A stretch of 64,000 nt of DNA, taken from assembly GCA_963662965.1 (NCBI GenBank), contig OY759970.1:3649204-3713203 (forward strand), given 5' to 3'. Below, piece by piece: positions 53,734 through 64,000 of this stretch (within the stretch, counting starts at the first letter, position 1; each line of letters starts with the position of its first letter). The stretch comes from Vicinamibacterales bacterium. GTDB taxonomy: Bacteria; Acidobacteriota; Vicinamibacteria; Vicinamibacterales; UBA8438. The notes under the pieces are model-generated. The model did no database searches and was not told the DNA's origin. It saw nothing but the letters and a program-made list of their open reading frames with translations. The position numbers and the translations under genes were made by a program.

Positions 53734-54591
53734 ATGGCTGCACGTCCCACCTGGAAAGGCTTCATGAAGATCAGTTTGGTCACGGTGCCGGTGCGGGTGT
53801 TTCCCGCTCCCGATGCGGCGGCCACGATTAGCTTCAACCAGCTTCACGCCACCTGTCAGACCCGCATTCAGCAGAAGAAATGGTGTCCGACGTGTGACTG
53901 TGAGGTCGACAAGTCGGAGATCGTCAAGGGCTATCAGTTCGAGAAGGGGCGCTACGTCGTCATGGAGGAGGAAGACCTGGCGAAGGCGCGTTTCGAGTCG
54001 ACGTGGATCATCAATCTGCTTCGGTTCGCCGACGTCGAGTCGATCGATTCGATCTACGTTGAGCGACCGTACTATTTCGCGCCCGACGGCAAGGTGGCCG
54101 GCGAGGCGTTTGCGGTGCTGCGTGAAGCGCTTTAGGGGAAGGCAGGGATCGGCAAGCTCGCCCTCTATGGCCGGGAATATACCGTGGCGGTCCAGCCCCG
54201 CGAGAAAGGGTTGATGGTGTACACGCTGCGCCGCGCGAACGAGGTGCGGAAGATGTCCGCGATCAACGAGCTCGATGACGTGCCGGAGACGATCAACGAG
54301 GCCGAGGTGAAGCTCGCCCAGTAAGTGATCGGCAACTTCGAAGGCGACCTCGATCTCGTCGAGTTTCGCGACGACTATCAGGCGGAGCTGCGGCGCATCA
54401 TCGATGCGAAGGTCGCGGGCGAAGAGGTCGTGGAGCAGGAAGCGGAGGCGCCGACGAAGGTGGTCACCCTGATGGGGGCGCTACGTAAGAGCCTCGACAC
54501 GGTCAGCGCGTCGAAGAAGAAAACGGCGAAGGCGGCGCGGAAGAAAATCGCCTGCGCTTCGGCCCAGGCAAAGAGGCGCAAGCGAGCCTAG
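53734..54591 (+). pseudogene. ku: NHEJ Ku protein with two in-frame stops
   Basis: MAARPTWKGFMKISLVTVPV; TAG at 54133-54135 and TAA at 54322-54324; basic tail. Confidence 0.9.
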
Positions 54592-54739
54592 GGGCGCGCA
54601 CAGCGCTGTCGAGCCAACCTCAACCGTAGGTGGGGGTGGCGTCGAACTGTCTTGGGAGCGACGGGCCAATCCGTGGTCCGGAGCGAGGAAGACAGTCGAC
54701 GACAGGACCCGCCCGTCGGGAGACACTGGCTCGACTCCG

Positions 54740-55462
54740 CTACGGTTTGTCTTCCGTCCGATCCCACCAGATGGTTCCGAAGCTCGTGAACGGCCCGCCG
54801 TCGACCGCCATCCGCAGCTGCAAGCGATAGGCGAAGGGCGAGGTGATGTAGGTCCGCCCGCGCAACTGCACCGTTTCACTGCTGCTGGGCATCGTAATGG
54901 CCGGCGCTTTCCAGTGGTGGGAAAAGAACCCGCCGGGGTCGCCGCCGACCCGGCCCATCTTCAGGAGCTCGAACCCCCGGCTGTCGTCCTCGATCCGTAG
55001 GAGGTACTTCGCCTGCCGGTCGTAGAACATCCGTGTCGTGATCGTGACCGCCTGCTCGGCGACCGTCACGTCGAGCGTGCTCTCGTAGGTGCAGCCGTCG
55101 ATGTGGCGCACGGTTTCGGTGCCGACGAAGTCGCCCGCCTCGCCTAACGGCGACTCGGGCAGGACCCCTTCGAACGTCCAGGTGCCGACGAAATAGTGCG
55201 GGTCGAACGGTGCCGGATCGTCGCCTTCGTCTTCGCCTTCGACGCCAACCGTCGGTCGCTGCAGCACGTTGAGGCTATCGATCAGATCGAGCTCCTCCTC
55301 GGCGAGGCACTGCCCAGGTACCGGGGTGGCGCCCGGCTGCAGCTTCACGATCGGCTCGGCCTCGACCTCCTCGCGCGTCTGGGCCGTCGCCGGTGACGCC
55401 GTCGCGAGCACGAGGATCGCGATCGCTCCTTTCAGCCTGGGCCTGCGAGTCATTCGGCGCAC
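54740..55462 (-). CDS. Hypothetical secreted protein
   Basis: Signal peptide; YFVGTWTFEGVLPESPLG; co-oriented with neighbours. Confidence 0.65.
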   Translation of the reverse strand: MRRMTRRPRLKGAIAILVLATASPATAQTREEVEAEPIVKLQPGATPVPGQCLAEEELDLIDSLNVLQRPTVGVEGEDEGDDPAPFDPHYFVGTWTFEGVLPESPLGEAGDFVGTETVRHIDGCTYESTLDVTVAEQAVTITTRMFYDRQAKYLLRIEDDSRGFELLKMGRVGGDPGGFFSHHWKAPAITMPSSSETVQLRGRTYITSPFAYRLQLRMAVDGGPFTSFGTIWWDRTEDKP

Positions 55463-55920
55463 GTCTCAGACAGCGGGACGACGGCGATCAGATTGATGCG
55501 CGATTCGTCGTCGTCTTCGATCAGCAGCCCTTTGACAATCACCGTGCGGCCCTCACGGAGCCCGCCGGTGGCGTTGACTTGTTCAGGGGTGGTGAACGCG
55601 GCGCGCTCGGTCGTCCGGAGCAGTCCCTCGGCGCCGAGAAACTCGGCGTCGCCGATCAGATGGAACTCGCCGGTGCCGGCCCCCGTTTCGCGTGCTTCTT
55701 CGACCTGGGTCTCGTTGAAGACCCCGCGACGGACCACTTCGGGGTCGGACGCACGCGTCAGCCAGATATCGCCACCCCGCCGTTCAATACAGCCGACGAT
55801 CTGGACGATCTCGACTTTCGGCGTCGACCGGCTGGGCTCGGCGTCGCCCTGACCGGACGCGGCGGCCGGCCACAGACCTGCCGTCACGAGGATCGCCGCG
55901 CAAACGGTGCGGTGCGTCAT
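55450..55920 (-). CDS. Hypothetical secreted protein
   Basis: Signal peptide, VQIVGC...VKGLLI...ETC. Confidence 0.7.
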   Translation of the reverse strand: MTHRTVCAAILVTAGLWPAAASGQGDAEPSRSTPKVEIVQIVGCIERRGGDIWLTRASDPEVVRRGVFNETQVEEARETGAGTGEFHLIGDAEFLGAEGLLRTTERAAFTTPEQVNATGGLREGRTVIVKGLLIEDDDESRINLIAVVPLSETCAE

Positions 55921-55963
55921 CCGTTGGGTACCGGGCGCCGCGGTCGGCGCCCGGCGTGGTCGG

Positions 55964-57441
55964 TTAGTTGTCGTTCGCCGCGACGTAGGTAGCGGTCGTC
56001 AGGAACATGTCATCCCAGCTCTGCTCTGACCAATACGTCTCTTTGTGCGGTGCCGGATTCAGCCTGTTGCCCGCGAGTTGTCGTACCGGGCGATCGACTT
56101 CAGCGTGCTGCCGGCCGGCACCTTCAGCGGTTCGGCGAGCTCGTACTCGAACTGCCAGTTGAAGCTGTAGTTCTGGACCCGGAGCAGAATCTCCTCGCGA
56201 CCGTCCGGGTAGGTCAGCACGAAGGTGAAGTCCTTCCCGCGCAGGTGCGCGTGGACGAAGAGACTCTGCAGGATTGCGTCGTTCTGGAACGCACCGATGC
56301 CGGTGACGGTCCAGTTCCCGTGGCCCGCCGGGATCGGGGCAAGCAGCGGGTTCAGGTTCTGGCCCGCCTGACGACCCCTGGCGGCGGCACGTCGTTCCTC
56401 CGCTGTCAGCGGCGGCGGGGCGACGAGCTGTTCGCTTTCCGAGGTCGTTTCGTCGAGATCGAGCGTCCGCACCAGCGTCGTTGCATCCGCGGTCGCGAGC
56501 CAGGCGCCAACCGACGGCCGCGCCGTCTCGGGCTTGCCGGTGGCCTGGTAGTGCAGATTCCAGCCGATGTGGTGGAACTTGTCGCCACGAATCTTCCGGG
56601 TCTGACCCGGCTTCGCGACATCGGCACCGACCCCGGGAATGTAGGGACCGAATCCTCTGCGATCGCGCCGTGCGGCCTCGCGATCTTCTTCGGTGTCCTG
56701 TTCAGTGTCCTCTTCAGTTTTCTCGTCGCCGCTCTCCCGCGTCTTGCGGGCGGCGGCTGCCTCATCCGGGTCGGCGTCCGGGTCTTTGACTAGCACGTAA
56801 TCGACCTCCGGACCGCCGGCCCACGCGGGGCCGGTCCCAACCTTCATGCCGGCCGGCGGGTTGAACAGAAACGTCACGATGTGGTGCGTCGCCGCGTAGT
56901 TACCCGGTCGGACCTGCGTCGCCGAGACCTTCATCACCTCGTCGTGGTCGAATGGCGTGTAGAGGTTGAAGTTCGGCGTCTCACCTTCGGCGGGGACATG
57001 CCACTCGATCGGGAACTGGTAGATGTAGTCGGGGTCGGCGCCGGACGGATGGCTCCAGCCGGCATCTGAGAACGTCGGCGGCGTCGGCGCCTGGCCGTCG
57101 CCCTCCGGCGCGCCATTGTCGGCCCACGCGACGATGGTCTCGATCTCCTCGTTGCTCAGGCTCATGTCGTTGGCGAAGGTGCCGTACTGCGGGTCGGCAA
57201 ACCACGGTGGCATCTCGCGCGCTACTACCTTCGACTTGATGGCGCGGGCCCACGGACGGGCATCCTTATAAGAGAGCAGCGACATCGGCGCCACCTGGTT
57301 CGGCCGGTGGCAGCTCGCACAGTTGTTGAGGAGGATCGGCCCGACGTCTGCGTTGTAGGTCGGGTTCTCGGCCGCGGCGGCCGGTGCTGCCGTTATCGCG
57401 ACGCCGAGCACTACCACCGCGGTCACTATGCAGGCGCGCAT
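55964..57441 (-). pseudogene. Third CxxCH/Cu-monooxygenase-like paralog with a 1-nt frameshift near 56070
   Basis: NNCASCH, THH, HAH; conserved tail NPAPHKETYWSEQSWDDMF lies in another frame, stop at 55964. Confidence 0.75.
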
Positions 57442-57571
57442 GTTTACTCTCTCCGTTCTCGAGCCGGTGTCATCCGCCCCAAATCCCCCGGACCATATCC
57501 CGGCCCCACTGCCAAGTCGTTCGATATTCGCTGAAAACTCGCGCCGAGGCAACGTGATTGTCGTATGTTTA

Positions 57572-59002
57572 CTATTGCGACAGGTCGAAGGCGGCCATTT
57601 CCCTGGCATTTCGCACCAAGATCAGGCCATCGGCCATCGCCGGGACGTTCCAGGTCTTGCCGTCAATCGCGCGGAACCCGGCCACTTCATGGTGCCGCTC
57701 CGGTGTCGCCCGCACCAAAACCAGGTCCCCGTCCTCGGTGAGCACGACCAGATGGTCGTTGGCCGCGAGGATCTGGCCGTACCCGTAGCGCCCACCCTTC
57801 CACATCAGTGCGCCGGTGTTCGCATCGATGCACGCTAGAATCGCCTCGTCCAGCCCGTAGATGTAGCCGTCGACCACGACCGAGCTGCTGAATTTGTTCT
57901 TCATCCGGTTCGTTTCCCAGACCGTGGTCGCGGTGAGCCGGTCCCCATCCGGCGTCAGCTCGATGAGCGCCCCGCCCTTGCCGTAACTGGCCGAGAGGAA
58001 CAGCCGTGTGTCACTGACGACCAGCGGCTGCGCGATATTCGGGACGGTCATGACCCGCCACGGATAGTCCCACAGGAGCTCGCCGGTCGCGGGCCGTAGG
58101 CCCGCCGCCCGCGCCGCGGTGACCACGACGATCTGTCGGACCCCGCCGAGGGTTACCAGCATCGGTGACGTGTAGGCCTGCACGTCATCCATTACATGCC
58201 AGGCGACGTCGCCGGTCCTCCGATCGTAGGCCGCGACCGACCAGCCGTTGGTGCCGCCGGGGGTCACGACCACGGTGTCATCGACGATGAGCGGCGAGCC
58301 CGACAGCGCCCACGTGAGGTTTCGCGCGGCGCCATCGGCCAGGATGTTGCGCTCCCAGACCACCTCGCCGGTCGCCGCATCGAGGCAGATAAAGACGCCC
58401 GTTGCGCCAAGGGCGTAGAGCCGCCCGCCATGCCACGTGGGAGTCGCGCGCGGTCCTGGCCCGCCCATCATTTCCTGAAAGTGCGCCGGCCACACATGCG
58501 TCCAGAGCTCGACGCCGGTGGCGACGTCGTAGGCCGCCACGACCTCGTCGTCGCGCCGCTGCTCGATGGTGAACGCGCGCCCGTCCGCGACGACGAACGA
58601 CGCGTACCCGCCGCCGATCGGCTGTGTCCAGATCGGCTCGAGTCCGGTCCCGGGCCAATCGGTTCGGATCGCGGTCGCCGTATACAGTCCATCACGGTTG
58701 GGGCCGCGGAAGTCGGTCCAGGCCCGTTCAGAGTCGGGCGTCGACGCGGGAGTGCGGGGGGCGGCGGCCGTGGCGCCCCGAGCCGGCGGCGCCGGGGTCG
58801 CGGTCGTTGGCTGGTGCGATCGGTCAGCCTCCAGCGCCGCATAGTGGTCGTCGGGATCGCCGAACGAGAAGATCGGGCGCATGCCACTGCCGGCGAACTC
58901 CACCCGCAGGTCGAACACGGCGACCAGCAGACCGGCGACGATGCCGGCGAACACCGCCAGTCCGACGACACCACCCACCGTGTTCACGAGTAATGTCTTC
59001 AC
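57572..59002 (-). CDS. PQQ-like beta-propeller repeat protein
   Basis: WTDFRGPNRDG, GPRATPT, CLDAATGEVVW, KTWNVPA. Confidence 0.85.
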   Translation of the reverse strand: MKTLLVNTVGGVVGLAVFAGIVAGLLVAVFDLRVEFAGSGMRPIFSFGDPDDHYAALEADRSHQPTTATPAPPARGATAAAPRTPASTPDSERAWTDFRGPNRDGLYTATAIRTDWPGTGLEPIWTQPIGGGYASFVVADGRAFTIEQRRDDEVVAAYDVATGVELWTHVWPAHFQEMMGGPGPRATPTWHGGRLYALGATGVFICLDAATGEVVWERNILADGAARNLTWALSGSPLIVDDTVVVTPGGTNGWSVAAYDRRTGDVAWHVMDDVQAYTSPMLVTLGGVRQIVVVTAARAAGLRPATGELLWDYPWRVMTVPNIAQPLVVSDTRLFLSASYGKGGALIELTPDGDRLTATTVWETNRMKNKFSSSVVVDGYIYGLDEAILACIDANTGALMWKGGRYGYGQILAANDHLVVLTEDGDLVLVRATPERHHEVAGFRAIDGKTWNVPAMADGLILVRNAREMAAFDLSQ

Positions 59003-59448
59003 TCGCCTGCCTTGGCCCGTTCCTGCAGGCAGGCAAAGAAGCGATCCATCATCATCTTCGACACGCTGCCGAGCAGGCGTTGACCGACCCGTGCGATCGT
59101 GCCGCCGACCTGCACCTTGCCGGCCACATCGACACGTGTCGTCGCGCCGCTGTCGTCTTGGCTCAGCGACACCGTGGCCGAGCCCTTCACGAAGCCTGGC
59201 TTGCCCTGGCCCTCGACCACCAGGGTGTACCCGTCCGGCTCACGCTTGTCGGTCATCTTCACGGTGCCCTCATACCGACCGGTGATGGCCGAAATGCCGA
59301 TCGTGAGGGTCGCTTTGTAGGCGTCGTCGCCAATCGGCTCCATCGACTCGCACCCCGGGAGGCATCCAGCGATCACCGTTGGGTCGATCAACAGCGCCCA
59401 GACCCGCTCGCGTGGTGCCTCAAAAGGATACGTCGCCGAAACATCCAT
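58999..59448 (-). CDS. coxG: CoxG/SRPBCC family protein
   Basis: APRERVWALL..CLPGCES, GGTIARVGQRLL; cox context. Confidence 0.88.
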   Translation of the reverse strand: MDVSATYPFEAPRERVWALLIDPTVIAGCLPGCESMEPIGDDAYKATLTIGISAITGRYEGTVKMTDKREPDGYTLVVEGQGKPGFVKGSATVSLSQDDSGATTRVDVAGKVQVGGTIARVGQRLLGSVSKMMMDRFFACLQERAKAGE

Positions 59449-59484
59449 CGTTCAAGAATACTCCGTGGCTCGGAGCTGGCGGGA

Positions 59485-59512
59485 GGGATCAGGGATCGGG
59501 GATCAGGGATCG
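59485..59512. repeat. Heptamer tandem repeat (GGGATCR)x4
   Basis: Seen directly between coxE and coxG. Confidence 0.85.
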
Positions 59513-59520
59513 GGTGAGGA

Positions 59521-60702
59521 CTACGCGACGGCCGCTACGTGTCGCCGACCCGATCGCCGCGTCGGCAGCGTGTTGAGGTGCCGGGCCAGCGTCTCGAGGC
59601 TCGCGAGGTTATGCACCGGGAGAAAGTCGTCGACCGACGGCAACGCCGCCCGCATTCCACGGGTGAGCGGAAGGTAGTCGGGCGAGCCGAGGAGCGGGTT
59701 CAGCCACACCAGTCGATGACACGACCGTTGCAGGCGCGCCATCTCAGCGCGAAGCTGCTCGGGGTCGCCGCGGTCCCAGCCGTCCGAGATCAACAGGACG
59801 ACCGGCCCGTTGCCCCGAACACGCCGCGCCCACTCGACGTTGAACGTGTGGAGGGCCTCGCCGATCCTGGTGCCGCCGCCAAAATCGGCGATCGTACGGG
59901 GAAGGACCGGCACCACGTCATCGACCGCACGGCCGGAGAGCTGGCGCGTGATCCGCGTGAGCCGGGTGGCAAACACGAACGACTCGACGCGCCCGAGACG
60001 CCCCGCGCCGGTGAGCGCATGGATGAAATGGAGCAGGATGCGGCTATAGCGCTCCATCGATCCACTGACGTCGCAGAGAAGGACGAGCGGCCGACGCTTC
60101 GTCTTTCGGCGTCGGGTCGGGAGGTCGATCAGCTCGCCGCCGTAGCGCATGTTGGCTCGCACGGCGCGACGGAGATCGAGCGCCGCGCCGCGACCAGCGG
60201 TCCATCGCTTCGACTTGCGCTCACCGAGCTGCCAATCGAGGTCGGTGATCATCTGTTGCGCGGCGGTGACCTCCTCGACCGTGAAACGCTCGAAGTCCTT
60301 CACCCACAGCCCCTCACGCTGGCTGTAACTGAGCGCGGCCATTCGTTCCACGCGGTAGGTGCGTTCGCGACTCTTCCCGTGTGCCGCGTCGCTCGGCGGC
60401 AGCTCAGACTCGTACTCGGGTTCGCCCGACCGGCGGGTTTCACCCATCGCGCGCAAGTTCGTTTCGGTCCAGTCGCCATGGGGGTGGCGCCAAAAGACGC
60501 GGAACGCGTCGTCGAAGAGCTCCATGTCCTGCACGCGATGGACCAGCAGGCTCCGCAGGGTGTGGTAGAACTCGGCCCGCCGACCGAGGTCGACGTAGGC
60601 GAGCGCCTCCGCCACGTCGCGCATCCGCCCGCCCGGCACATCGAGCCCTAGGCGGCGAAGGAGCCGGCCGAAGTGGAGGAGGTTGCGCAGTAATGCGGAC
60701 AT
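59521..60702 (-). CDS. coxE: CoxE-like VWA domain protein
   Basis: LCDVSGSMERY, GGTRIG, ISDGWD, WLNPL. Confidence 0.9.
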   Translation of the reverse strand: MSALLRNLLHFGRLLRRLGLDVPGGRMRDVAEALAYVDLGRRAEFYHTLRSLLVHRVQDMELFDDAFRVFWRHPHGDWTETNLRAMGETRRSGEPEYESELPPSDAAHGKSRERTYRVERMAALSYSQREGLWVKDFERFTVEEVTAAQQMITDLDWQLGERKSKRWTAGRGAALDLRRAVRANMRYGGELIDLPTRRRKTKRRPLVLLCDVSGSMERYSRILLHFIHALTGAGRLGRVESFVFATRLTRITRQLSGRAVDDVVPVLPRTIADFGGGTRIGEALHTFNVEWARRVRGNGPVVLLISDGWDRGDPEQLRAEMARLQRSCHRLVWLNPLLGSPDYLPLTRGMRAALPSVDDFLPVHNLASLETLARHLNTLPTRRSGRRHVAAVA

Positions 60703-60718
60703 CGCGGCGCGAGAGGGG

Positions 60719-60884
60719 CTAGGAGTCCGTGGTGGAAGTCACGCTGCATTCGACCGGCGATGCATCCGCACTGACTGCGTTGCTCCTCGGTCAAATACTG
60801 CCCGTATTCTCCCTCGTCACGCCTTGCCAGTCCGGCGCCTCGCCGGTCTCGATGCGACGCGCGACTTTCACCACGGACTCCTAG
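60719..60884. mobile_element. MITE-like element flanked by CTAG
   Basis: CTAGGAGTCCGTGGTGGAAGTC / GACTTTCACCACGGACTCCTAG inverted ends. Confidence 0.75.
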
Positions 60885-60888
60885 GGAT

Positions 60889-61842
60889 CTAAGTCTTTGT
60901 CCCTGGTGTCTTCGCCCGGTTGAGCATCTCCTGAATCCGGTCGCCGCGCATGTTCTGCATGTCCTCCTGGTTCTTGAGGACGATGCCGAGGGTGCGCTCG
61001 ATGGTGGCCGCATCGAGCTCCTGCTGGTCGAGGGCGACGAGCGCGGCGACCCAATCGAGCGTTTCCGATACGCCCGTCACTTTGTACAGCTCCGCCCGAC
61101 GGAGCTCTTGCACGAACCGGGTGACCTGCTCCGCGAGGGCGGCCGACGCCCCCGGCACCTTGGTCGTGACGATGCGCAGCTCTTTCTCAAAGTCGGGATA
61201 GTCAATCCAGGCATAGAGACAGCGTCGCTTCAGCGCGTCGTGTAGCTCGCGCGTCCGGTTGGAGGTGATGACCACGGCGGGCGGCGTCGTTGCCTTGATG
61301 GTGCCGAGCTCAGGAATCGTGATCTGGAAATCGGAGAGAAGCTCCAGTAGATACCCCTCAAACTCCTCGTCCGCTCGGTCGAGCTCGTCGATCAGCAACA
61401 CCGGCGGCCGAGCCCGTCCGTCGCGCAGCGCCTGGAGCAAGGGGCGCTCGATGAGAAAGTCCGGTCCGAAGAGCTCCCGCACCCGTTCGCGGCGGTCGCT
61501 CGCGGTCTCACCCTCCGCTTCGGCGACGCGGATTTCGATCAGCTGTCGGGCGTAGTTCCATTCGTAGACGGCGTGGGTGACGTCGAGACCCTCGTAACAC
61601 TGCAGGCGGATGAGGTCGGTGTCGAGTGTCGCGGCGAGGACTTTCGCGACCTCGGTCTTGCCGACGCCCGCCTCCCCCTCGAGCAGGAGCGGCCGTTTGA
61701 GCTTCAGGGCGAGGTAGATCGACGTCGTGAGGCCGGCGTCAGCGACGTACTGATGCTCGGCGAGCCGCCGTTGCAAGTCATCGATTGATGAGGGCTGCGC
61801 CGATGACTCGGGTGAGGCCGATGACGCGGTCGATCCGGACAC
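60889..61842 (-). CDS. coxD: MoxR-type AAA+ ATPase CoxD
   Basis: GEAGVGKT, RLQCYEGLD, LIDELDRAD, TSNRTRELHDALKRRC. Confidence 0.9.
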   Translation of the reverse strand: MSGSTASSASPESSAQPSSIDDLQRRLAEHQYVADAGLTTSIYLALKLKRPLLLEGEAGVGKTEVAKVLAATLDTDLIRLQCYEGLDVTHAVYEWNYARQLIEIRVAEAEGETASDRRERVRELFGPDFLIERPLLQALRDGRARPPVLLIDELDRADEEFEGYLLELLSDFQITIPELGTIKATTPPAVVITSNRTRELHDALKRRCLYAWIDYPDFEKELRIVTTKVPGASAALAEQVTRFVQELRRAELYKVTGVSETLDWVAALVALDQQELDAATIERTLGIVLKNQEDMQNMRGDRIQEMLNRAKTPGTKT

Positions 61843-61848
61843 AGGCTC

Positions 61849-62712
61849 CTAACCGGCGCGATCGGCGGCAGCGGCCACCGCGCGTCGGATGTAAACCGGC
61901 GCCACCGCCTTGCGGTAGTCCGCCGAGGCGAACACGTCGCCGAGCAGATCGTCGCCGAGGTCGCCACTGATCGCGTCGGCGGCGCTCGCGATCGTCTCCG
62001 CCGACAGCACCTGACCGGTCAGCGCCTGCTCGACCCCGCTACAGCGGACCGGGGTCGGTACGAGACCACCGATGGCCACCGAGGCGGCGGAGCACGTGCC
62101 GCCGCTCACCGTGACCGAGGCGGCGACGCCGATGACGGCGTAGCGCGACGCCGGATGCCCAAACTTCGCATATGCCGTCCCCTGACCGGCGGCAGCCGCG
62201 GGAAGCCGAATCGACGTGAGCACTTCGTTGTCGCCGAGCGCCGTCATCATGACCCCCTGGAAGAAGTCGGTGACATCGATCGACCGCTCGCCGTCGCTCC
62301 CCACGATGTTGACCGTAGCTCCCAGCGCCGCCAGGACGGTCGGGAGATCGGATGCCGGATCGGCGTGGGCGATGTTGCCACCGATCGTCCCGCGGTTGCG
62401 CACCGCCGGGTCGCCCACCTGGCCGGCCGCTTCAGCCAGCGCCTCGGCATACTGCTTCACCTCGGCCGACGCCGCCAGCTCGGCATGCGTGGTCAAGGCG
62501 CCGATGGTGAGACCGTCGCCGGCCGCGATGCCTCGCAGCTCGGCGATCCGACCGATGTCGATGACCGCCTCCGGTGCCGCGAGTCGAAGCTTGAGGAGGG
62601 GGATCAGGCTGTGGCCTCCGGCGAGGAGCTTCGCGCCCGGATGTTGTGCCAAGAGCTCGGCGGCCTCCGCCACCGAGCCTGCTCGGTAATAGTCGAAATT
62701 GGAAGCAAACAT
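61849..62712 (-). CDS. coxM: CO dehydrogenase/xanthine dehydrogenase family FAD subunit
   Basis: LAGGHSLIP, VRNRGTIGGNIAHADPASD. Confidence 0.9.
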   Translation of the reverse strand: MFASNFDYYRAGSVAEAAELLAQHPGAKLLAGGHSLIPLLKLRLAAPEAVIDIGRIAELRGIAAGDGLTIGALTTHAELAASAEVKQYAEALAEAAGQVGDPAVRNRGTIGGNIAHADPASDLPTVLAALGATVNIVGSDGERSIDVTDFFQGVMMTALGDNEVLTSIRLPAAAAGQGTAYAKFGHPASRYAVIGVAASVTVSGGTCSAASVAIGGLVPTPVRCSGVEQALTGQVLSAETIASAADAISGDLGDDLLGDVFASADYRKAVAPVYIRRAVAAAADRAG

Positions 62713-62715
62713 GAC

Positions 62716-64000
62716 CTAGTTCCCTTTTGCGCCCTGAATGGCGCGCCAGACCCGTTCGGGGGTGAGCGGCATGTCGATCTGTGTCACGCCGATCGGACGG
62801 AGCGCGTCGAGCACGGCGTTGTACACCGTGACGGTCGAGGCGATGGTGCCCGCTTCGCCGATGCCCTTCACCCCCAACGGATGGTGTGGTGACGGCGTCA
62901 CCGTCGAGATCACCTCGATGGGCGGCAGCCGGTCGGCGCGTGGCAGGGCGTAGTCGAGCATCGACCCGGTTATGAGCTGTGCGTTGTCGTCGTAGACCGC
63001 CTCTTCCCAGAGGGCCTGGCCGATGCCCTGGACGACGCCGCCATGCACCTGACCCGCGACGATGGTCGGGTTGATCTGAGGACCGCAATCGTCGAGCGCC
63101 GTGTATTTCGTCAGCTCGACGTGTCCGGTCTCGGTGTCGACCTCGACGACGGCGAGGTGTGAGCCGTAGGGGAAGACGAAGTTCGGCGGATCGTAGAAGG
63201 TCGAGGCTTCGAGCCCGGCCTCCATCCCTTCCGGCATGTTCCAGGCGACGTTGGCCATCAGCGCGATGTCTTGGATCGTCTTCGACTTGTCGGGCGAGCC
63301 CTTGACGAAGAACTTGCCGTCGTCGTAGTCCATGTCCTCGACGGAGGCTTCGAGGAGGTGTGCGGCGAGCACCTTCGCCTTGTCGCGGATCTTCCGGACG
63401 GCCACCGCCAGCGCGGCGCCGCCGACCGCCGTCGTGCGGCTGCCGTAGGTGCCCCAGCCCATCGGCGTGTTGTCGGTATCGCCATGGATGATCTTGACAT
63501 CGTTCACATCGACGCCGATTTCGCTCGCAACGATTTGCGCGAACGTCGTCTCCTCGCCCTGTCCGTGCGGCGAGGCGCCGATGAACACATGGACCTTGCC
63601 GGTCGGGTGAACCCGGACGATCGCACTTTCCCAGAGCCCGCCTTGGAAGCCGATGGCGCCCGCCACCTGTGACGGGCCGAGACCGCAGATCTCGACATAC
63701 GACGAGACGCCGATGCCGAGATACTTACCGTTTCGTGGCCCCTCTGCCTGCTTGGCGCGCAGCGCCTTGTAGCCGGTGTGCTCCAGTAGCTTGGTGAGCC
63801 CTCCGGGGTAATCGCCGCTGTCGTAGGTCAGGCTGGTGATGACGTCGTGGCCGTTGTCGAACTTCGGGATGAAGTTCTTCATCCGCACGTCGGTCGGATC
63901 GAGATCGAGCTTGGCGGCCAGCACATCGATGAGCCGCTCGAGCATGAAGGTCGCTTCCGGGCGGCCGGCGCCACGATAGGCCTCCACCGGGACGCCATTG
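62716..64000 (-). CDS. coxL: Molybdopterin large subunit, form II CoxL type (5' end outside window)
   Basis: AYRGAGRPEA active-site loop, HGQGEET, GTYGSR, GVKGIGEAG. Confidence 0.9.
   Translation of the reverse strand, partial: NGVPVEAYRGAGRPEATFMLERLIDVLAAKLDLDPTDVRMKNFIPKFDNGHDVITSLTYDSGDYPGGLTKLLEHTGYKALRAKQAEGPRNGKYLGIGVSSYVEICGLGPSQVAGAIGFQGGLWESAIVRVHPTGKVHVFIGASPHGQGEETTFAQIVASEIGVDVNDVKIIHGDTDNTPMGWGTYGSRTTAVGGAALAVAVRKIRDKAKVLAAHLLEASVEDMDYDDGKFFVKGSPDKSKTIQDIALMANVAWNMPEGMEAGLEASTFYDPPNFVFPYGSHLAVVEVDTETGHVELTKYTALDDCGPQINPTIVAGQVHGGVVQGIGQALWEEAVYDDNAQLITGSMLDYALPRADRLPPIEVISTVTPSPHHPLGVKGIGEAGTIASTVTVYNAVLDALRPIGVTQIDMPLTPERVWRAIQGAKGN

Noticed and set aside
53734-54591. Stop-codon reassignment or readthrough in ku
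   Set aside because: Two different stops (TAG, TAA) occur, and normal genes here end in TAG/TAA/TGA; simple decay is more likely
62716-64000. True aerobic CO dehydrogenase (form I)
   Set aside because: The active-site loop is AYRGAGR, not AYXCSFR

Overview
GC-rich bacterial DNA whose gene families (CxxCH/Cu-monooxygenase-like paralogs, 'PRTPWGQPDLQG' secreted protein, 'MSLGPGTRLGxYEV' kinase start, PQQ propellers) suggest Acidobacteriota/Vicinamibacteria (inference). About 4.8-51.6 kb is a heavily rearranged accessory region containing IS5 x2, IS256 x2 plus a fragment, IS3 x2 plus a fragment, IS21, IS6, IS1, an IS110 relic, three integrase-core IS, two copies of an IS1-type MITE and two group II intron halves. 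Most elements lack target duplications and abut truncated genes. Cargo includes PQQ dehydrogenases, a sigma54 glnK-amt-porin operon, alanine dehydrogenase, a PLP decarboxylase, a GltS-family symporter, an M4 peptidase plus beta-barrel pair and defence-like relics. The region ends at tRNA-Lys(CTT), tRNA-Arg(CCG) and tRNA-Arg(TCG), followed by decayed ligD/ku and a form II cox (L-M-D-E-G) cluster. Best candidates for undescribed systems: (1) a repeated CGCCGCGC / CCGTTGAACCG site family that delimits gene cassettes and encodes a Sel1-protein tail next to a tRNA-Lys att site; (2) a 41-bp palindromic direct repeat bracketing a 3.1-kb peptidase/beta-barrel module. Coordinates were counted by hand; IS ends may be off by a few bases.
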